Below are positions 28,228 through 40,200 of a stretch of DNA of 64,000 bases, piece by piece; the first letter of the stretch is position 1; each line of letters starts with the position of its first letter. The stretch spans positions 1 to 64,000 of the forward strand of contig NW_021833271.1 in the NCBI RefSeq assembly GCF_006345805.1, written 5' to 3'. The notes beneath the pieces were generated by a model. It ran no database searches. It was not told the DNA's origin and saw nothing but the letters and a program-made list of their open reading frames with translations. The translations under genes and the position numbers were made by a program. The DNA comes from Octopus sinensis. Lineage: Eukaryota.

Positions 28228-31200
28228 TATCATTGTCATTTAACTTACGTTTTCCTTGCGGTAGGTTGAACAGTTTGACATGGAACTTGCCAACTGGCCA
28301 AACTCGAGTCGTTTGTTATGGCTTGGTTTGTACAAGTGAATGTCTTTCCTAATGCCAACCACTTAACAGAATGTGTTGGTTGCTTACTATGTGTCATTTG
28401 CACCTGGAAGAACAAGACTATGTATGGAAGACGGCAATTTTAATTTGTATGACACTAAAATTTAAAAAATGCCGAATATTTTCTCAATTACAATCATTGC
28501 CTACTTAAAATAGTTACACAGTTAACATGTCCGAAGGGCTTTTGTCCTATTCTAATTTAAGACTATATTAAGACAGAGAATGATGTAAGGAAATTTGGCT
28601 TCTATTTCATGCAGGTTGAGCCACTGTTTAAAGGCTCCCAAATAGCTTTATGTATAATTCATGTGTAGTTTTTGTTTTATTTAATTGTTGCCAAATACTC
28701 AAAGCTTATTTTTATAGTTTCTCTTGTAAAATTTACTTCAGGAAGCCTTTTGTGCAGAGACTATTGATAGTCCCTACCAGCAATAGATATGTCACATGAA
28801 GAGAGGTTGGTCAACACAAAGAAATTCTCTATCAAAAAGATAATATATCAAAGATAAATGCATCATATTCTGATTATAATTGTGAGAATGAATATCATCA
28901 TCATCTTCATTGTCATTTAACATCCGTTTTCCATGCTGGCATGAGTTGGAAAGTTTGACTGGATCTAGCAAGCCAGAAGCTGGCACCAGGCATCACTGTC
29001 TGTTTTGGCATGGCTTTTACAGCTGGATGCCTTTCCAAACACCAACCACCTTACAAAGTGGACACTGCATTTTGCAGGACACCAGCACCAGCAAGGTCTG
29101 TTTTGGCATGGTTTTTACAGCTGGATGCTCTTCCTAACACCAACCACCTTACAAAGTGGACAGTGCATTTTGCAGGACACCAGCACCAGCAAGGTCTGTT
29201 TTGGCATGGTTTTTACAGCTGGATGCTCTTCCTAACACCAACCACCTTACAAAGTGGACAGTGCATTTTGCAGGACACCAGCACCAGCAAGGTCTGTTTT
29301 GGCATGGTTTTTACAGCTGGATGCTCTTCCTAACACCACCACCTTACAAATGGACAGTGCATTTTGCAGGACACCAGCACCAGCAAGGTCTGTTTTGGCA
29401 TGACTTTTACAGCTGGATGCTCTTCCTAACACCAACCACCTTACAAAGTGGACAGTGCATTTTGCGGGACACCAGCACCAGCAAGGTCTGTTTTGGCATG
29501 GTTTTTACAGCTGGATGCTCTTCCTAACACCAACCACCTTACAAAGTGGACAGTGCATTTTGCAGGACACCAGCACCAGCAAGGTCTGTTTTGGCATGGT
29601 TTTTACAGCTGGATGCTCTTCCTAACACCAACCACCTTACAAAGTGGACAGTGCATTTTGCAGGACACCAGCACCAGCAAGGTCTGTTTTGGCATGGTTT
29701 TTACAGCTGGATGCTCTTCCTAACACCAACCACCTTACAAAGTGGACAGTGCATTTTGCAGGACACCAGCACCAGCAGGTCTGTTTTGGCATGGTTTTTA
29801 CAGCTGGATGCTCTTCCTAACACCACCACCTTACAAAGTGGACAGTGCATTTTGCAGGACAGCACCAGCAAGGTCTGTTTTGGCATGACTTTTACAGCTG
29901 GATGCTCTTCCTAACACCAACCACCTTACAAAGTGGACAGTGCATTTTGCGGGACACCAGCACCAGCAAGGTCTGTTTTGGCATGGTTTTTACAGCTGGA
30001 TGCTCTTCCTAACACCAACCACCTTACAAAGTGGACAGTGCATTTTGCAGGACACCAGCACCAGCAAGGTCTGTTTTGGCATGGTTTTTACAGCTGGATG
30101 CTCTTCCTAACACCAACCACCTTACAAAGTGGACAGTGCATTTTGCAGGACACCAGCACCAGCAAGGTCTGTTTTGGCATGGTTTTTACAGCTGGATGCT
30201 CTTCCTAACACCAACCACCTTACAAAGTGGACAGTGCATTTTGCAGGACACCAGCACCAGCAAGGTCTGTTTTGGCATGACTTTTACAGCTGGATGCTCT
30301 TCCTAACACCAACCACCTTACAAAGTGGACAGTGCATTTTGCGGGACACCAGCACCAGCAAGGTCTGTTTTGGCATGGTTTTTACAGCTGGATGCCTTTC
30401 CAAACACCAACCACTTTACAACGTGAACTGGATGCTTTTTATTTGGCACCAGATCTGCTTGAGTCATTCATTAATTCACTACACAAAGATCTTCTGAGGG
30501 GAGGGTGTATTGGAGGAGGTGGGTTTGTGTCAGGTGATGAGAGGTTATAGTGTGACAAAGGGACAGAAACTGGTATGTTGGTGTAGAGGAGATACATGGT
30601 TATCCAGTCAGAGGGAGAGACCAAGAGAGAGAAGAGAGATGAAAGATCAAGAATGAGAGAGAGACTGGAAGAGAGTGAGAGTGTGAGAGAACATGAGAGA
30701 AAAGGGTGAGAAAGAGCGAGAGTGAGAAAGGTGAGAGAGAGATAGAGAGAGAGAGTGATGATGAAGTGCCAGGGCATACCTCAAGGTACAGGGATCAAAA
30801 TACAAATGGGATGGTAGAATATTTCCAAGGGTGCATGAGCAGGAAGGATGGACTTGACTTGAATGCTGAGAGCAGGGGGAAGGGGAATATGGTGACTGGT
30901 GAAACTTGGGTATATAGAGGAGGTGAGGGACAACAGGATGGCATTGTTACAAGGGGCAGGGTAGTGAGGACAGGATTGGGGTGTGAAAGATAAGAATATA
31001 TTCTTGTTTATTTGCACTAGTAGATAATAACTACTGAAAAATTTGGTGATCAAAGACAGAAGATATAAGGGAGTGATGTGAAAGATATCTCTTGACAAAT
31101 TAAACATAATTTATATTTAATACATCGTTAGTACCCCAGACAAAATGCTTAGCAGTATTTCATTTGTCTTTACATTCAAAGTTCAGATTCTGCAAAGGTT

Positions 31201-34200
31201 GACTTAGTCTTTCATCCTTTCAGAGTGATAGAATAAATACCAGTTCAACATTGAGGTTAATGTAATCCAGTAGCTCCCCCCCCCAAATTTCAGGCTTTGC
31301 ACCTATAGTAGAAAGTATTATATTTATTACATTTTTTCCGGTTGAATTTGCTTTATTTTTTCAGTGTTTTTGTGATTTTCATGTAGATGGCTGGTATTGT
31401 GGCACACCTGACAGAATGTTAGGATTCAAAGAATTAAACAAATTTCATAATAATTTATAGCAAAGTGTTTCAGGATGTTTCTTCAAAATTTTTCAGTGTG
31501 TGATATTTAAAAATTTCATTAATTTTTTTTTTTTTAATTTTATAGATCCACCTGATATTACTGCACCAGATAATGTGACATTATTTGAGAATCAAGCATC
31601 CATTATAGACTGTAATGCAAAAGGAAACCCTACCCCAGAAGTGTGGTTGGAGAATGAAAATCGAAATTCCTTTCAAATTCAATATTAACTTTTAATCGTA
31701 AAAATATCAGTCGTGTTTTCTGCTCTGCCATTGCAAAGAGTGAAAAGAATGGAAATTTCCGAGATAGAAAGGAAATTAATATCCTGTTGAAATGTATGTT
31801 AAATATAAATATTTGTTCCTCCTCCTCCTCCTCCTCCTACTACTACTACTACTACTACTGTTACTACTACTACTATCACTAATATCCTCACCATCATCAA
31901 ATGTCTTTTACTTCTTTGTATAAATTCTCAGATTGAGTGGCATATTGTGTCCTTGGGCAAAGCACATCACTTCACATTGCTCTAGTCTACTCAGCTGAAA
32001 ATGACTACCAGCTAAGTGCTGGTGCAGCCCTCTCTCTCTTCAAGCAACACCTCCTTGATGATCTACTGGGTCAAGAGTGGGTACACTGAGAGGGCATTTA
32101 TGTCTCCTTGTGATTGCATAAGTGTCTAAAATCATCTTCACTTGTGGGTCATCTTCACTTGTGAGCGACACGCATGTAAAAAACACCACTTGAGCATGGT
32201 CATTGCCAGTGGCACATAAAAAGCACCATTTGAGGTGATCGATACCAGTATCGCCTGACTGGCCCTCATACTGGTGGCACATAAAAAGCACCCACTACAC
32301 TATCAGAGTGGTTGGCATTAGGAAAGGCATCCAGCTGTAGAAACCATGCCAGATCAGATTGGAACCTGGTGCAGCCTTCTGGCTTGCCACTCCTCAGTCG
32401 AACCGTCCAATGCATGCCAGCATGGAAAGTGGACGTTAAACTATGATGATGATCATCATCATTATCATCATTGTCTTATGCCTATTTTTCCATGCTGGCA
32501 TGAGTTAGAAGGATTTGTTCCACCTCAGCCCTTGCCACTTGTCATAGTCCATCATCATCTGATATTCCTTACATCATCTCTCTCTGGTGTATATGATTTT
32601 TTTTATGCTAGGGGGTTGTGATAGGCTTTTCAGCTGAATGCCCTTCCTATCACCAATCATTCTGCAATGGAGTTCAGTCTTTTTGATCAGTAAAGTGGTT
32701 AATTATTTAAGGAAGGAGTGTAGTCATGAAATCAATACTACTTCATCAGTTAAAAGTAAGGAAAAATAAAGTCAGCCTGTGTGGAACTGAAGAGGACAAA
32801 ACTGATTAATATTAAGGTCGTAGTCACTATAAAAGGTAGGTTTCACAATTTCTGGTAATATATCCTGAAAACCCACATAACCTAACTGAAACAGTATCCT
32901 AAAGACTACCTTTTCGCTTCAGAAGTAGAAAATATTTCAGCTTTTGAGCAATTACTGATTTTCTATAAAATTCAAGTAAGATCCACAAAGAATTACTGCT
33001 CCTACACCCAGGACAGATTTGCTCAGTGAAAGCCCCACTAATTGATAATGACTCAGTAACACATACCATCTTTCGCTCGTACATGTGCTTCTCTTCTCTC
33101 TGCTTCTTCTATTATTATTACTCCGATCACTGCTCCTAGCTTTAAACAACCTCCATCCAAGTTCACCCAATACATCTATCTCTCCCATTCTTCTCGTCAA
33201 TACTGTATTTCATTGACCACTATGCATAATCAAACCTTCTTAGAGTTGAACAATGTGAAATTCCCTTCCCACCTATGACTTGCCTGTAGATATTGATGTG
33301 TACAACTGAACATAGGCTGTATCAGTCTTACCAGTCTTGGAGAGTTTGTGAAAGATAATGTCTGCAAATAATTTTTGTTGACTGATCTCTAAAAAAATCA
33401 TTATTCTAACACTGACCCTGCTGTATTCACTCTATTTACTTTAAGAATTATGTTAATGACATCCATTCTGTGCAATATTGTTGTTGAGCTTCAAAAGAAC
33501 TCCCTCAGATTAAGAGCATGACCTGTAAATATGAACAAAAGAACTGAAAGATAATTTGGGTTTGTTGATCCTTGATTTTACTAAGGGATTTATTGTGACC
33601 AAACATCACATCAGTTTCTCCAGTTTAAATGAATATGGGTGTTTGTAATTTTTCTGGTCTCTGAAGTCCATATTTTGCTCTCTACAACCACCCTACTTCA
33701 AATGGTGTATTCTGTAAACATCTACAACTGCCCAATTTCTAAATATTGATATCCTTTTTACTAGGGTTTTAAGTGGGCACATTTAATTTCTCCTGTAATA
33801 TTTCAGTATCCTTATGCACTATTAATGGATAGACAGGTGTCAAATTTGTTTTACAGAGACCTGTTTAATTGAAATATCTCTCCCTAGGATAGAAACTTGA
33901 TAAATAAGACATTTGAACTCAAAATTTGTCAAAACACAATTCAAAACCTAAAAATTTTGATTTTATATTCAATGCCACTGAAGCATTATCTCATTTTGAA
34001 TTTGAATAGACTAATGCAGTTCACATAGAAGATGTCTCAAAGCTAATGATGTACCCAACCTAACTCATTTATTATCCTTAACTGAAGGTAGCTCACTGAA
34101 TTTTGAAATTAGAGAAGCTAAGTTTTCAATAAAACTTTTGATTACATCTCCTACCTAGAAATCATTATTTTCAGCAAAATGTTTGTTAAAAAAACTGGAA

Positions 34201-37200
34201 AATATGAGCTAACCTGGAAAGACAAAAATTTACTGAGCAAGGCAAACATTTTAAACCAAAACATATTTTAAGAAGAAATGAATGTCATCACAAATTGTCC
34301 TAATGACAGCAGCATCATAATCATTTCTGCTGTGAAAGGAAATGCAACTTCAATAATGTCAGAGAAGAATACACATTAATCACATCTTTAGGCATGCTTA
34401 AATTAAATGCAAAATAACTTCTTATACACATATATAATCTACAAACATATGATTACTCAAGATTCCGTCAAGATCAGTTGCCAGCTGTAGATACTCAGCA
34501 TATTCTTTTATGAGTTGTTACCCAGCAAAATTTATTTCCCTTCTTACTGATAGAAGTGTCCCATTTTTCATGGGTGCTGTACATTTCAATGAACTAATAA
34601 AAGAGTTTGTTTTTTTTAGTTCATTTTACAGCACCCATGAAAAATGGGACATATTGATCTAGTTTTCAAGTCATCAACTTTAATGTGATTTGCTTGCTCA
34701 CAATGATTGGTGGGGGGGGGGGCTCTTTTTTTGGTGAAGTTCTACTTTCGGAAACAAACTAGATCAATATTTTGAATAGTTATTGCAAAATATGTCACTA
34801 GTTAATATAACTTATAAAAATGCCTATACAAGACTATTGAACTTCCAAATAAAATGTGAGATACACTTTATATTGCCAGTAATTAAGCAATTTAAATATC
34901 TATATTTCTGAAAATGTAGCAATAAAATGTGCATTTTGGCTCAGCTATGTTTTTGGGGAAACTCCAGTTTCTGAGTGGCCAGGGAGAGGTATTTACAGTA
35001 GGAAAATAAACATCATCCACTGGACACTACTGCAGTTTTGAGTCTCACTACTCTTATAGTGATAAGAAAAAATATTTACAATACACTCTGTTAAGGTGTT
35101 GGTAAATAAGCAGAGAAAGCATAGAGTCAGGAGATCCCTTCAGTTCTCTCTTGCTGAGGACATAACCTCGTCTTTAATGCTGGTTCCACAATAAAGTGCA
35201 CCCAATACACTCTGTAAAGTAGCTGGTAAATGAACAGAGAAAGCATAGAGTCAAGAGGTGTATTTGGTCTTCTCTAGCCAAAGATATGACAACTTCTCTC
35301 GTGGTGGTACTACACTAAAATACATTTAGTACGCTGTGTACAGGTTGGTCATAGGAAGCACATCTATCTATTGAAACATAGTCAAAACCTAGCCAAATGT
35401 GGCATAGTCTTCCAACTTGTCTATGAAAACAGCGGTCTCAGTAAGGTCCCATATGTGACTACCCTTCCTTGCCATCATGGAGAGTGGATATGAAGAAGGA
35501 GAAGGAAAAGGAGGTGATTTAAAGCATCAAGAAAATGTGTCTATCCTATTGAAGTATTTTTTCAAATATAAGCAGTCATTTGGAGACCATATTTTTCTGC
35601 AATAAATAACCTGTATTCTTCTATATGTATGCAATGAAATCCCCAATCACTGTTAGCTCCACTTTACAACAAACAGTCGCCTAGAAACATACAAAGATTC
35701 TGTATTAGTTATACAATCAAATCAATACAACAAATTTCAAAGATGTCACATTCAGTCTTCAAGTTTGGATAAATCAAATATAATGCATTTATCAAATTTT
35801 TCAGTGTGGAAATGAAAAAACCCTAAATATCATTACAGAAGAGATTGAGAAACTTTGATTAGGGATGACAAGACAAAAGCATAATGTCTGATGTACAATT
35901 GAAAATCATAAGCATCTATGGATAAGGGCATCAAAAGTAAAGGTTCCATTCAAATCTAACCAAAAGATATACAACTGTTTATTTGGTTTTAAACCCATAA
36001 CTTTGGATAGAGGGCTCTAATTAAAAATGATAGGAAGACAAAAAAAGCAAAGCTAACTGTTTAAATTTAAACAGTTCATTTAAAAAGTTCATCTCAGTAC
36101 TACATACGTATTTACTTCAATAATTTATTTTATTCAATTTATTTATATTTTGTTCTCAGAATGAAAACTACATCAACTTTAACAACATAAAAACTTAATA
36201 TTTGAATCTTTTGACTTAGTATTTTCAATTACTTTGGTTTCATTTGTCTGGCATCATACCACTTTCTTCCTATCATGCTATTACCATAAGTGGATACATT
36301 TAAACACTACATTGATATTGTGATGAAGAACGGATATATCCTTTTTCCCATGATCTACTGAAGAACGCTTCTAATTCCTCTTATTGAGAGGCATTTTTTT
36401 GTATGCTATGTGAAGAAATTTCATTGTGAAATGATTTTAATTTCTTATATCTGTATGGTTTGACAATTTTTATGAATATTATTAGTAGAAATTTCATGAA
36501 TTGTTTGTTTACTCTACAACTCAGTAAACTATCTTCCTGGTGAATACAGTTATTTCTCAATGGACAATCTACCCATCCAGATACAAGTACTGCATGGAAG
36601 TACATATCACTGTTGCAACCTCCTGTAAATCTTAAAAACCTTATAAAGATTTCATTAGCCACAGGGCCAAGCTAAAATTGTCCCAAGATTGTGGTGGTTT
36701 AGATTGCTTTCTGTATTTTACTTTGATATCCTGTATGAGAAACATGTTCAATGACAATCATAGAATCTGAATTTAAAATGTGTGTGAAACTGAAATTTTT
36801 AATTTTAATCCTATTTTCTAAATTGAAACTGTTCCTTGATTATTTTATTTTATTTTATTTTTTTAAGATCCTCCTCAAGTAAACTTTAATATTTCAAAAA
36901 AGACAAATAAAATAATAATTAGTTGCACTGCATCTGGTGGAAATCCAGCAAATCATAAATATGAACTGAAGCAAAAATGGGGAAACACCACTAAGAATAC
37001 TTATGATATAAAAGTATTATCTATAAACAATCCTTCCTTCAGTAATACTGGTACATGGGAGTGTCATGTAAGCAATGATGATTTTATTGTGATTAAGTCA
37101 TCAAACTACAAAATTTCAGGCAAGTATTTTACAAAGCCAATAAGTAATGCCCCTGACCCGCTTGCAGTTGTTTGATCTAGCTGAAATTTTGCATGTGCAA

Positions 37201-40200
37201 TTATTTATATCATTATAGATTAAGTGGCAAATTACAGCTCTGAACTAATTGTGGTTTCTGATTTACAGGTGTTTGAACTGTGTCAAGTGTGAAATGGAGC
37301 CTGTTGCGTGTCGAGCAGTGATCACGTTTTTGTATTTGAAAGGACGCACACCACGGGAGACTTTTGATGAAATGAAAGTAACTTATGGTGATGATGCCCC
37401 ATCATATGACCTTGTAAAACGCTGGTATCGTGAATTCAAACATGGTCGGAACTCTGTGGAAACAGCTCCCAGATCTGTTCGCCCCCCCTTCTGCCATTGA
37501 TGAGGCATTTGTCCATCAAGTTGAGGCTGCCATTTTGGAAGATCGACGCATAACTATTTCCCAAATAGCCCATGAGGTCAAGATTAGTACCGGGTCTGTG
37601 AAAACTATCATTCATGATCATTTGCATATGCAAAAGGTGTCTGCCAGATGGATTCCCAGGTTGCTCACGCCTTTCCAGAAGCAAGAACGCGTTGATTGCT
37701 CGAGGATGAATTTGGAGATGTGCCAAGAAGATGAGTCAAAATTTTTCAAAAGACTGATTACACAGGATGAAACCTGGGTTCATCACTATGATCCAGAGAC
37801 CAAAGCCCAGTCAATGCAGTGGAATCACCGTTACTCACCTCCTCCAAAGAAGGCAAGGGTGCAGCCCTCCGCTAGCAAAGTCATACTCACAACCTTCTGG
37901 GACCAGGACGGAGTAGTGATGCCAGATTTCCTGGAAAATGGTACCACAATTACAGGAGCCTATTATGCTTCACTTTTGAGGAAATTAAGAGAAGCTATCA
38001 AAATCAAGAGGCGGGGCAAGATCAGCAAAGGTATCCTCCTTCTGCAGGACAACGCTCTGGTCCACAACTCGTGTGTCGCCAGATCAGAAGCACAGGCATG
38101 CGGCTATGAACTCCTCCCTAATCCCCCCTACTCTCCTGACCTTGCACCCTCTGATTTTCACCTCTTCCCAGCCATGAAGTTATTTTTGAAAGGAAAGCGT
38201 TTCCCAGATGATGCAGCCTTGATTTCTGAAGTCATGTCGTGGTTGGAGGACCAAGCTGGGGGTCTACTACAATAACGGTCTCCAGAGCTGCATCAAACAA
38301 TGGGAGAAATGCATAACTCTGGGTGGTTCCTATGTAGAAAAAGACTAATAACTGTGCCAAGTTTCGTTGCTCTACTGCTATGGGAAGTGGGTCAGGGGCA
38401 TTACTTATTGAACGCCCCTCGTATTTACAATTCAATTTTTATTTTTGGAATGGTAAAATTGTTCAGGTATTTATTTAATTTTATCCCATTAGAAGATTGT
38501 TGGACTTTGTTTCTTTTTATGTGTATCAATAAAAGTGATAATTTTAATTATAATTTTCAGGAATTGTTTGAGATATAAATACTGAAGAATTGTATTGGGT
38601 TGGCAACTAAGTTCCTACGGTTTTTTTAAATTAAAATTTTTTAACAGGTTTAATGAAAAATAACAACTAATTAATCAATAATGCATTCACCCTTGTTATT
38701 TATTACTTCTTCCCAATGTTCAACAAGATTTTCAATACCTCGTTGGTAGAAATCACCCGATTTCGGCTCAAAAAATTGATTCAAGCTCTCAATTCTGCAT
38801 CATTATTGAACGAAAATCCACACATAGCACTTGAAAGAGATAGAAAGAGGTGGAAATCCATTGGTGCCAAATTAGGAGAGTATGGTGGGTGTAGCAGCAC
38901 TTCTCAGCCATGCGTTTGAATGACTTCCTTGGCCATTTTGGCGATATGAGGGTGGGTGTTGTCATGCAGCAGAAGAGCTTTATGCAGCCGATTAGGTCTT
39001 TTCTCTTGAATAGCCATGTTGAGTTGTTCCCTCTGTTGAACATAGAGTTCAACATTGACCGTTTGGTTCTGTTCAAGCAATTCGTAATGGATAATTCCTT
39101 CCCAGTCCCACCATATACACAACATCATTTTACGCTGATGAAGATCTTGTTTTACACGCAGTGTCCCTTATTTACCGGGGTTAAGCCATTCCTTACGCTG
39201 TTTCATATTGATGTTCAGGCACCATTTTTCATCGCCAGTAACGATTCAGTAAAGAAATCGTTGCTTGTGTCTTTGAGTTGAGCGGTGATGAGCAAGGAAA
39301 CCAGTGGAGATTGTGGCTTGTTAATTTTTGTTGTTGTCACTTAGAACATGCGAAAACCCATGCTCCATACTTCTGAACCTTTCCCATTGAGTGAAGATGC
39401 TTTTCTATGGCAGTGTGGGAGCATTCCATTTTCTCTGCCAGTTCCCTTGTCATTTGATGAGAAATTTTGTGCAAAAGTTGGTTTAATTGCTCTTCATTGA
39501 ACTCAACTGGACGACCAGAACAAGGTGCGTCCTCGAGGTCAAAATTTCCATTTTTGAACTCCACATACCTATCACGAGTGGCTTTTTCAGCTATGGTACC
39601 CTCTCCATACACAGCACAAATGTCACGAGCAGCTTTTTCGGCCTTAGAACCTTGATTAAAAGCAAAATGAAGGCGGTATCGGAAATGCTCGTTTCTCTTA
39701 ACTTGACATTCCATTTTAATGATCTGAAAATAAACAAAAATTAACTAAGATTAACTAGAAACAAAAAAATAGATTCCAAAATTTAAAAATGCAATAAATT
39801 CCAAAATTTAAAAAACGGCAGAAACTTAGTTGTCAACTCAGTTGTTTTAATAAAGTGATTGTCATCAATATTTCCAGAAAAGAACTGAAAGTGTTTTTTC
39901 ACATTAATTGGAAGCATATGAATTAAATTATAGACCAAGAGCATAAAATATTTGTTGTTAGGGGTAGAAGACAGCTGGACGTTTCTAAGGGACAACCTGC
40001 TGAGAGCCACTGACCAGATCTGTGGCTGGTGCAAAGTCCCCTCTCGACCTAGAATAATGTGGTGGTGGAACAATATTGTAGACAGGGCTATTAGAGAAAA
40101 GAGACAGGCTTGGAAGGTCTGGAAAAATGGGGGTAGCAGGGAATTGTATCAGACTGCCAAAAGAGAAGCTAGGAGACAGGTTTATTTAGCCAGAGGGGAA

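Noticed and set aside
28999-30420. CRISPR-like array or repetitive protein ORFs (HFAGHQHQQGLFWH...)
   Set aside because: There are no unique spacers. The units are contiguous near-identical 98-mers from a retroposon tail, and the frame rotates every unit.
32700-32760. Minus-strand CTGATGA + stem as a hammerhead
   Set aside because: No GAAA box follows the stem.
32950-33300. Possible decayed LINE endonuclease on the minus strand
   Set aside because: Only vague resemblance (WVNL..LGAVIG, ISGAF); too degraded to call.
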